Origin: Reclinomonas americana ATCC 50394
Taxonomy: Eukaryota
DNA: 45,974 nt
Assembly (NCBI GenBank): GCA_048213135.1
Contig: PS015653.1
Coordinates: 1 to 45,974, forward strand
Direction: 5' to 3'
Shown here piece by piece: positions 12,581 through 25,149 of the stretch (positions within the stretch are counted from its first letter, which is position 1; the number at the start of each line of letters is the position of its first letter). The notes below the pieces were generated by a model. It was not told where the DNA came from and searched no databases. It saw only the letters and a list, made by a program, of their open reading frames with translations. The position numbers and the translations under genes were made by a program.

Positions 12581-14533
12581 ATGGAGCAGCCGAGCATCGT
12601 GCACCGCTTCCTTACGCGACTGTATGAGAGCGGAGTGCGCGCAGTGCTCAACATTACTGGTGTGTTTGTGTGTGTGCGATGCATCCCAGTTGTCTCGCTC
12701 TCACGCCACAGTGAGCAGGTGGTGGCAGTCGCACAGTGTCATCACTCGTCTCCACACCCGGTTGCTCCGCGTTCCTGCTCGACGCACGAGTGTCATACGC
12801 TGCAGCGGCGACCACAGAAGTGCTGGGATGTGTGCCAGTATCGGTGTGACTCTGTGCTCTCTATCTCCTTCTCTCTGCCTGCGTCTCACCAACCATCGCG
12901 ACAGTACTCCTCCAGCGAAGTGGCGGCACTAATGGCACAGCGAGCGTACGAGAGTGCAGTGCGATTGACACGAGCTGGCGATGAGCAGACTGTGGATGTG
13001 GTGCATGTGGTGCAACAGGCGGATCGACTGCTGGGAGTGGGAGCGACGTGCGCGTTGGTGTCGAGTCGACCGAAGCGTGGCGAGCACCGGTCTGTGTGCG
13101 CGGGAGAGAGTGCGGGGTTGGGGGGAAAACGAGTTGTCTTCTCATGACGACGCACAGCGCGCACATGGCGATCCGTGCGGCGCATGCCGTGTACCACCAC
13201 ACGGTGACGTTGGCGAAGGATCAGCGGAGTCGCGTGGACGAGGATCACGTGGTGAGTATGCTGCTGCTGCGCGACATTGGGCGACGCGCACTGCCGCCAG
13301 ACACGCCGGAACTGTTGGAGTTTGAGGCCTATGCGGCGAGCCTGGCCCTGCCCGACGACGTGTCGGAGGAGCACACGGAGAGCTTGGACGGTGTGCAGGA
13401 TGTGACGACGAGGAGGAATGCCCCCGACGATGATCTCGGCAGCCACACTTCTGTGGTCGTCGTTCCGCGCGGTGGCGTGCCGACAATGCCGGTGGCTCGC
13501 TACCCGTTGGGTGCAACTCGCGACTGCGACCTGTTGGTGTTTGCCGGATCGTTGTTGCGTCGACCTGCCGATGCTTTCTCTTTTGCTTGCGCCGCACAAA
13601 CTCATCTCCTTCGCAGTAACCCCGTACACCGCGGTCACATTGTTGCGTTTGGGCACACCCACTGTCTTCAATTCCCCCCACCTTCTCACGTCTTCTCGCC
13701 GCGCACAGTTGTTGGCAGAGGCCGCACGTCGAAAAGTGCAGCAGCCAGGTTTCGTACGCCTGCGTCGTGTGTTCACAACGCCCGCCACTGACTCCGCCTA
13801 TGCAACAGGAAAGCGCATGGATATTGTGTACGAGCTCAGCATTGTCAATGCCGACAAGCCGCCGCTGGAGTCTGCCGACATTGCGAGTCGTCTGGCCAAT
13901 TTTGCAAACGAGCAGCTGTACGAGTCGACCGAGGGTCAGTGGGCGTGTGTTCCTTGTCCACCATCGGCGCTGTGTGTGTCCTCACTTCTACTACAAAGCT
14001 GCTGGCGCCGTGGTGGCGCTCACCAGTGAACCACTGTTCACTCGCAAGGCTGCGCTCTTTCCCGGCGCTTGGTTTGTGGTCGGAATCGACACGGCTCTGC
14101 GGCTGCTCGACGTCAAGTTGCGTCGTCGCTCTCGGAGGTTTTCCGCCGTGGGAGATGGCTGCTCATCCTCACTCCATACACAGATACTACGGCAACAGTG
14201 AGGCGGCACTCGTGCACGCCCTGGCCGATGCACGCGCTCTCGGCATTCGATTCGTGGTCGGCGGTCGATACAGCGCCAGCGCACGAAACACGGCCACACT
14301 GACCGATGGTGCGTGATATCTCCCCCCACCTCTGCATCGACTGCCGAATGCTGACTGTGGACACAGCGCCCACGTTCCTCGACGCCTCCATTTTGCGACC
14401 GCCGGTCGGCTTTGAGGATATGTTTGTGGGGTTAAGCGAGGAGGAGTTCCGCGTTGACCTGTCGTCGAGTGCACTGCGGGCACAGCACCAGCAACCACCA
14501 CCACCACCAGTGGCAGCAGCAGCAGCGCAGTGA
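12581..14533 (+). CDS. Nucleotidyltransferase superfamily protein: N-terminal CinA/PncC-like region + NMNAT/cytidylyltransferase-like HxGH domain
   Basis: Spliced motifs LNITGGGS...TPGCSAFLLDARVSY, GVGATCALVSSRPKRGEHR, FAGSFNPVHRGH, YELSIVNADKPPL, PLFTRKAALFPG, VGIDTALRLLDVKYY, FVVGGR, FRVDLSSSALR. Confidence 0.85.
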
Positions 14534-14608
14534 AAGTAATGCCAAACCACATCATTCACTGTTGACCACACAGCAGCACATGCACGCACGCCCGCCAGCG
14601 TCGTTTGC

Positions 14609-15392
14609 TCATTTCAGTGTATTGAGCTGCGTGCGAATGTCGCCGAGCCCATTCAACAGCGCCTGCAACGTCTCACGCGTCATCTCAAACGTCACATTCT
14701 GCACCGGTGGCACCACTCCACTCTTGGTCGGGTTGGTCAGCGTCTACACGGCCACGTGAGCACCACAACAAACGACTCACAAAGCAAAGGGGGGGAAGAA
14801 TTTACCTTGAGCGACAGCAACACAGCCGGTGCCGCCATGCGTCCAACCAACTGCGACGCCGCTCGCACGTCCACTCGCCAGTCAAAGTCCACCAGTCGCG
14901 GGAACGACACTTGCGTCTGCGCAGCACACGGAGGATCAACGCGCGCAGCGCTCGTCGGAACTTCATCTCACAAGGCAAGGAGGACCTGAATGGACTCCTC
15001 TCGCCACTCTTGCCGATGCGCCCACAGAATGTCACCAATGAGCGCACGCAACCGCGGCTCAAACTCAGCCGACAGCGCCGCATTCGCACACTCGGCGCCA
15101 GAGCCGACCTCTGACTCGGCCGCATACTGCGACTTGCCAATGCACTCTTGAATCGCGTGAATCAACTGTGAGAGAGAGAGATGAGTGTGCGGCGTGTCTC
15201 TCATGAGCATGATGTGTGTGTGTGTGCAACTTGCAGAGTGCTAGGCTCATCGGCGCCCAGTTGCTCGGCGACTGCGGAGACAAACTCGGCCGGAGGTGCG
15301 CGATCATGTCGACACGAGAAGGCCTTGAGAAAGAGCCGGTCCACAAACGACTTGCTCGGTGCCGACAGCAGCGCCAACAGTGCACTCTCCAT
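14609..15392 (-). CDS. COMMD9: COMM domain-containing protein 9 (Commander/CCC complex), 4 exons
   Basis: MESALLALLSAPSKSFVDRL...SFPRLVDFDWRVDVRAASQLVGRMAAPAVLLSLK...VTFEMTRETLQALLNGLGDIRTQL closely follows the COMMD9 pattern as I recall it (LPRLVDLDWRVD...SRMAVP...ELSKETLDTMLDGLGRIRDQL). Confidence 0.85.
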
Positions 15393-15472
15393 TTGCGTCC
15401 TCACACACACAAGCACACACACGCGAGGTACGTATTCCTCCGTTGATCTTCCATTCACTGTCTCTGTGTTTC

Positions 15473-18400
15473 ATGGCGTCGCAGCGCACACTGTCTGTCG
15501 GCGACGACCCATCTGAGGCGCACAAGGAGGCCGCACGCGCTCGTGCACTGCAGGAGCATGGTCTCTGTTCACACGCGCACAGACTCTCTTACGCACTCTC
15601 TGTCTCTGACACTTTGCGACACACAGGTCGTCTGCCTGCTCCGGCCAGTGCAGCGGCGCCTCCTCCTCCGCCTCAAGCTGCATCGTCGTCGTCGGCGAGT
15701 GAGAAGAGACCGCCTCGTCGCGGTGGCAATCGCTTCTCGGCCAGCAGTCTCAATGGGAACCCCATGACGGATGCCAAGCAGCTCAAGGAGTTCATCAACG
15801 TGTTGCTGGCCGAGAACCAGGAGATGGAGGCGCAGTTGGTCGAGGCAGGAGGTGAGTGTGTGTCATTGTCTCTCACACAGTGCATCACACTCTCATCTTG
15901 GTGATAGAGTTTGGAGTGCAGCTGACGCGGTCGCTGGAGGAGGTGCGAGAGCGATTGCGTGCGGAGAGTGAGGCGCTGGCGGCGGAGACTGTCAAGGTCT
16001 GTCGTTGCCGCGTTGGTGCTGGTGTGTGGCTGTGGTGTTTGGCTCAGCAACACGGCACAGCGCCGGGAGCTGGAGAACCGGGTACGAACGCAGGACCTCG
16101 ATCTGGTGTCGGCTCGGGAGGATGTCGAGTCGCTGAAGGAGGTTCCGTTCTTGCTTGCCCCCCCTGCTGGTGTGGTCCTCTCGCTGACACTGTGTGCACG
16201 CACAGGCGTTGAACCAGACGCGTATTCAGCTGAATCGGGCGGAAATGACGCTGGAGGCCAGCGAGGAGGCCAAGCAGGAGATGAAGGAGGAGTTGGACAT
16301 TGAGGCGCGCCGGCATGCGCAGGCAGAGAAGGCTCGCTTGCGTATCGCGCAGCTGGAGACCGAGGTGTGTGACACGCACAACTTCCTCCTCTCGAGCGCA
16401 AGTGTCTGATTTGTGGGGCAGCTGGAGGCTGCTCGGGCCGCGGTCCGTGAGCGCGACGAAAACATGCAGCGTCTCACCTGGCGTGTGGACTCGCTGGAGG
16501 AGACCAGTTGCGTGTTGAACTCTGTGGGTACGAGCCATGGTCGCTCTCTGACATTGGCCGGGTTCCTGTTGCAGAGCGCACCGAGGTTCACCAAGTGGAG
16601 AAACTGGAGGCATCGTGTTCGGTACGTGTCGGTGGTGCACGTGTTTGCAGTCGCGCGTGCATGCAGCGAACGTCCTAACACCTGCCGGTTGTGTACAGGA
16701 ACTGAAAGCCATGCTGGCGGCACGGGAGCACCGCATCACGAGTTGCGCCTGCTCGCATTGTAAAAACTCTTGTTTTCCGTCGTCGTCTTGCCAACATTGT
16801 GTGTGGCACAGTGTACGAGCAGGATGTGCAGGCGTTTACTGCCGAGCAGGCGCGCATGAACGGAGAGTTGCAGGCCAGAGACGCCGAGCTGACGGAGCTT
16901 CGCATTCAGCTGGCAGCCGCCGCGGCTGCACCGGCAGCCGACTCGCCAGCGGTACCGCGCGAGCGCCGTCGCGTGCCACAGCAAACCGATGCGGTGCGTC
17001 GTAAGTTCCTTACCAGAAGCGTCATGATTACCTGCATAGTTTTCTAATCGGCGTGCATTGTGTGCAGGGTGTGGGCTCCTCGCCAGCGGGTTCGTGTGCG
17101 ATCGTTACTCCGCTGTGTGTCTTTTTTGTAGTGTACTCACTTGTCGGATCGACCAGTGCACGACCGCTCCATTGCGCCCATGCATGCGCGCACATGCTCC
17201 TTCCTGCCCTACCTGTCGGCGTCGTCCATTTTGTCGGAAACCGTCACGTTTCATGTTGCGTCGAGGCGGTGGTCGTTGCGTGTTGCTCCTTCTCCGTGCC
17301 TCATTTTTCGGCTGTCGTGTAGGAGCATCCGGCTCCTGGCACCGAAAACATTGTCGACGTGGCGATCCTGCTGATCGGCAACTCTGGTGGTGAGTGCAGC
17401 ACGTGTGTGTTTTGCGTTTGTGTGCGTGGCATGCTGAAGCGCGAACAGTCGGCAAGAGTCAGTTTGCTCGCAAGTTTGCATTCGGGAACGCTGCTATTGA
17501 CGCACCGAAGGCCACCCTCGGCGGTACGCAACTCTTGTGCTCTGTGCTGTTGCTCTGCATGATTGTCTCACGCGCGCATGCATCTTCATGACGCACAGTG
17601 GAGATGTACACGTAAGTCGTCTCGGTTTACTTCCTTCTCTCTCTGCTGTTGCCAACACTGGTTGGGTGGATGACGCAGATTGTACATGACGTTGCCGGAG
17701 CCCGACAATCGAACCATTCGAGTGCGAGTTGCGCACCGTCACTCTTTTTACATGCGTGCACTTTTCCGGGGCAGTTGACCCACTCTTAACCTCTTCTTCC
17801 ACAGCTCGTCGATACTATGGGTGCGGTGGAGCATCCGTCAAAATCCTCTCCCTGTTCTGCTCGCTCCCGTTCTCACAGTGGCTGATCACGTGCAGGCTCC
17901 GATTCCAACCTGTCGCTGGTCGGCAGCTACTTTAACCACACACAGAGTGCACTCCTGATGTTCGACGTAACTGATCGCCGATCCTGGCTCTCCCTCGAGG
18001 GCTGGCTGGTCAACTCGTTGCGCGAGGGTCAGCGCCGCAACGCCGGCAATTTTATCGTCTCCTATGCTGTCGCCAACAAGGTTTGTTCGTTTGTTTTCAG
18101 CGAAGACACGCTCGGTTGTTCACGCACCGGGTGCATGCAGAGTGACACGGTGAGCTCGGGCAGCAAGACCTGTCGTGTGGCTGCCGATGAGGTGCAACTC
18201 TTTGAACAAAAGCACTCGCTACGATGGTGAGCTTGCAACTTTGTGCCTATCATGCCCCTCCGCTCTAATCACACGCACGCATGCACGCGCACAAACAGCG
18301 TCGAGTGCTCAGCGGCGAGTTACGACGCTCGTGAAGTGCGTCGCATTGTCTGCGACGCCGTGCTGCAGGTGCTCATGCGGATGGACTTGAGCATGGTCCC

Positions 18401-18680
18401 GGTGGGAGGAGCAGCTGCCCACGCCCGGTCAACTTCTATGGCGGCCCACGCCCGGACGACTTCCATGGCCACCTCCACCACCGGGTCGTTTGGGGTGTCG
18501 ACAAGGTCTGTCGAATGTGTGACTGATTCCGCACTGCGCTGGCAATCAATCGACTGCTCACGTGCACTCCACAGGGAAATGGGCACGAATCCGCTTTGCG
18601 CGGCCGATGACGATGGTCGGGTGCACTTGGACGCCGAAGACGACGTCAAGGAGGAGCAGGACCGTCGCTGTGCTTGCTGA
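15473..18680 (+). CDS. Large Rab-like GTPase with a long N-terminal coiled coil and a C-terminal CXC prenylation motif
   Basis: Coiled-coil exons at about 15760-16920. Spliced GTPase motifs: G1 LLIGNSGVGKS, G2 ATLGVE, G3 LVDTMGS, LLMFDVTDRRSW, G4 ANKSD, G5 ECSA. Ends RRCAC*. Confidence 0.8.
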
Positions 18681-18740
18681 GCGACGTGCGTGCACGTGTG
18701 TACAAAGTTGTTTCTTTTCTTTCTGTACACTGTGCCATCA

Positions 18741-21700
18741 TCATGTCCAACGTGATGAGAGGGCCGCTGATAGTGTTGGGCTCTGTCGCCGTGGCGCCCC
18801 AGCGTCGTCTTCGTCGTCCGTTGTCGACAACAAATCGCCACCCTCCATATCCTCCAATGAGTCATCGTCACCCGAGAGGCGCAACTCGGGCGACGTCACC
18901 AGCGCATTCAGTTGTGCATCCAGTGTGGACGCTGCGGCCGGTGTCACAGGAGACAGCGCGAAGGTTGAGTCGGTGTCAATGTCGGATACCGAGTCCGAGT
19001 CGAGTCGTTGCTGCAGACGGACATACGCAAATGCACAGTTAATTCAAAATGTGCAACGCGATACGGTGACCGCACGGTCTCCACTGACCCGACTGCCCGA
19101 TGCATGCAGATAGGTCGACGGCAGAGCACGTCGTCGTGCCTCTGCTCGTGCAGAATCCTCGTCGAGCTCGTCAGCCAACTGCTGCAGGATGGCCGACACA
19201 TTCTCATCCAGCTCATCGTCCTTCGGGTCGTCAATGGTATCACCATCGCCGTCGTCCGGCAGTGGGTGCGACGTCAACACACTGGTCACACTGTGCGTGG
19301 AAACATCCGCAGATCTGCCACCAGTGGAAGACACCAGTGTGCGCCGTGTCCTTCGCAAATCGTCGAGGATCGCGTCCAGCCGGTCGTTGGCCAGCAATCC
19401 CGACGATGACGACGAGAGGGACGACCCGCTGCTAGACGTGGCACCAGTCACCGACATGAGCGGCACTCCACTTGCTCCACCACCACCACCACCACCACCA
19501 GCGCTCAGCAGCGACTGCTGTTCGAGATCCGAGAATGTGTCGATTCTGTCGTCGCGCAGCGCAGCGGCCATCGTCGTCGTTGTGGTTGTCGTAGTCGTTG
19601 TGGTTGTTGTCGCTGCATCTCCAGTCCATCGCTGTCGAATGGCCGCAGTTTCACGACGGAATCGCTGCGTGCTCTCAATGATCTTGTCCAGCACATGCTC
19701 GTCGTCATCGTCATCGTCCTTGCTGTCTCTGCCGTGACGCGCGCCAGCTGCTCCGAAAGTCCCCTCCGCAGCGGTAGCTGTGGACGAGAACGAGTGCTCC
19801 AGCGGCCACCCCCGTGCTGCCGACGACGACACGGACGACAGTGACTGGCGCGCCAAGTCAATGTCGGTGCTGCCGAGATGAGCCATGCCTGGCGATGCGG
19901 TGGTGGAGCCCAGTGGGAACTGTTGCATGAGGTCGTCGACCACATCGCTAAGTGCCTCGCTCTGTTATTCAAGATGGTGAGGAGGGGGAGGCAGGAGACG
20001 CGCTGCACGCCGTGTACATGAGTACGTACATGCATCGAGAGGTGGTCGTCCATGGAGGCGGCATCGTCAGCTGGTGCTGCCGCGCTGTAGCGATTGCTCG
20101 CACTCGACGAGCGCTGCACGAAGTTGCATCGCCCAGTGAGACACATTCGAACGGGCAGAAAGAACTCCCCATTATGCGTGTACGTACAAGCACATGGGAG
20201 GTCGGCGCCGCCGACATGCGATAGCGCGAGGCACGAATGTCACGCACGAGGGAGTCGAGCTCGTCAGAGATTTGCATCGGGTCAGAATCGCTCTCAGAGA
20301 GTGATTGTGGATCTGTGACACGTTTGCGTGAGTGAAAACGTGCATGTTTCGTCGGAAGAACAGTTGAGTAACGCACAGAGGTTGAGAGAGGCAGCCATCG
20401 AGGACGACGAACTGGAACCAGGCAACGATGGAGCGTCGTCGACAAGTGAAGCCACCCGCCGACTGTCGGCCTCCACACGTTGCAGGAGGCGAGTTGTTCG
20501 GGCCTCCAGTTGTTGCAACGCTTTCGATGCATTGCTGTACACGGGGCGTTGGCGATCCACTTGTGACAGAAGTGACTCCTGCGCGGCGAGATGAGCAACC
20601 ACGCACTTTGCATCGACTGGGGTGACTGTGCACGTAACCATGCTGTCGGCACCCAACGATTGCAACGACAGCGAATCGCTCTCATCAACCTCTGTCGACT
20701 GCGTCTGCGGCGGCGGTGACACGAGTGGCGGTGGTGCGGCTTCTGCAGTCACCAGCACATGGTGATACATCAGCGACAACAATCTGTATGCAACTGAAAA
20801 CAGGCCTTCACGAATAGCCGCACCGCCAGTTGTGGTCGTTTGGGGCGTTGGAGGCACTGCGAGGGCGTCAGCAAATCTGTGCGTGTCCACGAACGAACAT
20901 CATGCACGCAGTACTCACCATCTGCTCGAGCCGGGGCGCGATCAGGTGTCGGTGCGGCCGGCGAAGCAACGCCTCCTGCATCAAGCTGCGTCGGTCCAAC
21001 AGCAACCACCAAACCTTCACATCATCTCTCACCTCCTGCAACTCGCGGCGATGGAGTCTTTGGTGGGAGCGTTGAGAGAAGTACTGGCGATGTGGCGACA
21101 TCCACTGCCGCTGGTGTCGTCGTCTGCGGTGGCGACACGCCGACGTCACGAGTGGGCGGTGATGGTGGCACTGCATCCTTGTTGTCACCGAGTGTTGTCG
21201 TCTGCAGTGCGCCGTCGCCAGTCTCTCCCGCCTCCACTCGGCCATGCTCCTCGGTCTCCACCGTCTCCCTCTCGACAACAGCAACGTCGTCGGTCGCGGA
21301 CAGGTCGAACCGAATGCTGCGCAATCGTTGTTGATGTAGCTGCTGCTCGCGTATTCTGGTCGACACGAGTGCTGCGCAAAAGAGTGTGAAAACACTGCAT
21401 TGCTAATTGTGGCGACACTTACGACGCAGATCGCACCTGGTGGTGTCTTGTCCACAACCTGCACGACTTCTGCATCGTCCACGCTCTGTCGGGCCACCAC
21501 ATGGCGATCGCCTGCACCGAGGAAAGGAGAGCACACAGCGTCGGTCTCCACTGCTGGCGACGACAAGCAATGTCTCACTGCCACGCGACTCTTATCCACA
21601 AACACGCGTTCGAAGGCATCGCGCAAGAGAGCGCGCTGGCGAGCACGGTCGATCACTTGAGTGGTCGACGAGGCAGTGACGGACGACACGGCCACGCCCT

Positions 21701-22964
21701 CCTTCATCACTCGTCGTCTCGACTGCTGTGTCATTTGTTCCAGTGTCTCCTTGGTCTCTTCGGCACTCTGGGTCGTCATGTGAGAGAGAGGAAGAAACGG
21801 AAGAAAAATCGGAAGAACATCACACGATCACCTTGGCGGCCTGTTCGCGACGCACTGCCACGCGTTCGCGATCCTTGGCCACCATGGCCTGCTCGAGCTG
21901 CATCTGAGCCTGCTTCTTCAACCGAGCTGCGTCTGCCTTCCGCTGGCGCTCCGCAGCTTCGTCTGCCGGCACCACATTTCCATCGACCAGTCCATGCAAC
22001 GCGTGCAAGTGTGTGTGCGCAAAATCGCGTTGTGCCGGCACCGTGTGGCGCGACACGGTCACTCGCGTGCCCGACGAGACGTACGACACGGAGCTCGGCA
22101 CCTCCGGAGGCACAACAAACGCGGCCAACACGGCCTCCTTTTCGCGCTGCGCCTCGGCCTGCGATTTGTCGACAGGGGTCAGCGGCCAGCAGGCAAGACG
22201 CCAGCACCGACGACGCAACAATGAGCTTGGCGCGCACATCCTCCTCGAAACGAGAGCGAGCACGCGCCTGCGCCAGCTCCCGCTCCTGCCGATGTGCCTC
22301 GCTGTACTCTTCCTCGAACTGTGTCGCGAACTCAGCGGAGCAGATCTACTCGATAGAAAGATGCATGATCACGCACCACTGCGGCTGCCGACGACCCTCG
22401 AGAATCGGCACGCTCGTACCACTGCTGCCACTGCTCGTTCTCCACCTCAGCGCTCCGGGCCTGCGTGGAGTGCAAATGACACTGCGTGGGTGCGATCGCT
22501 CATCACAGAACAGGGAGGAGCGAACCATGGACTGCTGCACGTGAACGGCCGCTGCAAAGGCGCCATTGGCTCGCCGCCTCTCGGCTGCCGACACTGCAGC
22601 GCCGTCGGCGGCGACTTGCGCCGTGCGCTCGTCGATCATGGCCAACTGTCTCGCGATGAGTGGAGAAAGGAAGGGAAAGAGTGACAGGGGGGTGGCACAC
22701 GTACCGCCACACGCTCACGCTGCGCATGCTTGAGCTGCTGCTTCTCGTTGCGGGTCTTGTTGAGCCGTTCGCGGGCACGATCGCGTTCTTGTTGGCGCAC
22801 CTGTTGATCGGCGATGACGATGAAGATGATGATGGTGATCGACAGCACACGTGCACACACACGCATGCGCCTACCTCCTGTAGCCTCCTCTTGCGTCGTG
22901 TCAGCTCGATCTCTCGCCGATACGCCTCCTCCTCAGCGGGGCTGAGGACCACAAACTTCTCCAT
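18741..22964 (-). CDS. CEP295/Ana1 (DDC8-like N-terminal domain) centriolar protein homologue with a long low-complexity C-terminus
   Basis: N-terminus MEKFVVLSPAEEEAYRREIELTRRKRRLQEVRQQERD resembles recalled human CEP295 LRLSPNEEAF...RRRKLRLLQVREQERD. Later FAHTHLH and RQRALLRDAFERVF resemble YHHLH and QRELEFAFEDMY. A phase-0 intron (AAG|GTGATC...CCCAG|AGT) links the 21.8-23 kb part to the 18.7-21.8 kb part. Confidence 0.65.
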
Positions 22965-23092
22965 ACAAAGCTTGAAAATCGTTTCGCGCGCTTTTTTTGC
23001 CAACACCCGGGACAACGAAGCAACGACCGGCAGCAGAGGAGAGAGAGAGTACAACAGAGTCTACACGTTGCTATTCATTGGTGTTGCTCATT

Positions 23093-25149
23093 CTAGAAGG
23101 GGATCGTTTGACCCTCCCATGACCGGAATGATCCGGAGTCGGCCAGCGTCGACGACTCCACCACCTTGATGATGGCCGGCGCCACCGTGCCCACCTTCAG
23201 CGGTGGCTCGTGCNNNNNNNNNNNNNNNNNNNNNNNNNNNNNNNNNNNNNNNNNNNNNNNNNNNNNNNNNNNNNNNNNNNNNNNNNNNNNNNNNNNNNNN
23301 NNNNNNNNNNNNNNNNNNNNNNNNNNNNNNNNNNNNNNNNNNNNNNNNNNNNNNNNNNNNNNNNNNNNNNNNNNNNNNNNNNNNNNNNNNNNNNNNNNNN
23401 NNNNNNNNNNNNNNNNNNNNNNNNNNNNNNNNNNNNNNNNNNNNNNNNNNNNNNNNNNNNNNNNNNNNNNNNNNNNNNNNNNNNNNNNNNNNNNNNNNNN
23501 NNNNNNNNNNNNNNNNNNNNNNNNNNNNNNNNNNNNNNNNNNNNNNNNNNNNNNNNNNNNNNNNNNNNNNNNNNNNNNNNNNNNNNNNNNNNNNNNNNNN
23601 NNNNNNNNNNNNNNNNNNNNNNNNNNNNNNNNNNNNNNNNNNNNNNNNNNNNNNNNNNNNNNNNNNNNNNNNNNNNNNNNNNNNNNNNNNNNNNNNNNNN
23701 NNNNNNNNNNNNNNNNNNNNNNNNNNNNNNNNNNNNNNNNNNNNNNNNNNNNNNNNNNNNNNNNNNNNNNNNNNNNNNNNNNNNNNNNNNNNNNNNNNNN
23801 NNNNNNNNNNNNNNNNNNNNNNNNNNNNNNNNNNNNNNNNNNNNNNNNNNNNNNNNNNNNNNNNNNNNNNNNNNNNNNNNNNNNNNNNNNNNNNNNNNNN
23901 NNNNNNNNNNNNNNNNNNNNNNNNNNNNNNNNNNNNNNNNNNNNNNNNNNNNNNNNNNNNNNNNNNNNNNNNNNNNNNNNNNNNNNNNNNNNNNNNNNNN
24001 NNNNNNNNNNNNNNNNNNNNNNNNNNNNNNNNNNNNNNNNNNNNNNNNNNNNNNNNNNNNNNNNNNNNNNNNNNNNNNNNNNNNNNNNNNNNNNNNNNNN
24101 NNNNNNNNNNNNNNNNNNNNNNNNNNNNNNNNNNNNNNNNNNNNNNNNNNNNNNNNNNNNNNNNNNTCGCCGTTTGCGCGTCCCATGTCGGTCTGGTGAG
24201 TGGAGAGAAAGGTGAGCGTCGAGGGAAGGGGGGAGGGAGGAGAGAATGAGAGCGATGCGCAACATCGACCCAACCCGGGTGGATGCTTGTGACGACGACG
24301 TTGAGCTCGTCGAACTCGGTCTTGAGCACCTTGGCGGCTGTGTACGGTGGGGCGCCAGTGAGCGATGTGCGAGAGAGAGAGAAAGAGAGACAGTGTAACG
24401 CACTAATGTTGACAGCAGCCTTGCTTTGGCGGTAGGCCAGCGCACTCCATGTGCCGCCGGCGGCCAGCTGCGTCGATCCGAGAATGGAGGAGATGAACAC
24501 CAGTTGCTGCGTCGCGGCACACCACACGTGAGAGGGAGAAGGAACAGGGGGGAAGGAATAGGGCAACAGCAAGTACCTTGTTGGCGGATTTGGACTTGGC
24601 AAGCAGCGGCTTGAACACCTTGCTGACGATCAGCGGGCTCACTGCGTTGACGTTGAGAACCTCCAGCACTCCGGCGCGGTCAATCGTGTCCAGGTGGTAC
24701 GCTGCGATGGCGAGGGGAGGAGGTGAGCGGCAATGCAAACGAAGAGGTGTCATGCAGCGCTATAGCAGCGCAACTGGTCTTCTCGCCCGTGATGCCGGCA
24801 TTGTTGATGACCCAGTCGATCTCGCCGTCGGTGCGCGCGGCAATCTCCGCCGCCGCACGCTCCACAGAGGCGTCGTCGACCACGTCACACTGCACCGCAG
24901 TCACCGTGTGGGGGAAACGGGCGACAAGCTCTTGCAGCGCCGTGGCGGCGTCGGGATCGCGAGCGCCCGCAAATACAGTGTGGCCGGCCTCGGCGAGCTC
25001 CGTGACCAGGGCGAGACCTGGAGAGGAAGTGAGAGGCGCGCGGTGAGTGTCTGCAAGTTCATGTGTGTGGGTGAGCGAGACGTCGACACACACTCACCGA
25101 TGCCACGAGAGGCTCCGGTGACAAAGATGCGTTGAGGGGAGGCAGACAT
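23093..25149 (-). CDS. Short-chain dehydrogenase/reductase, C-factor/CsgA-like (interrupted by an assembly gap)
   Basis: TGASRGIG, NNAGI, FISSILGS, YRQSKAAVN (YxxxK), SIHPGWVDTDMG, SGSFRSWEGQTIPF*. Confidence 0.9.
23214..24166. other. Assembly gap (953 N)
   Basis: Run of N. Confidence 1.

Noticed and set aside
23088-24602. Long ORFs of 330-500 aa in the ORF track
   Set aside because: Artefacts of translating through the N gap.
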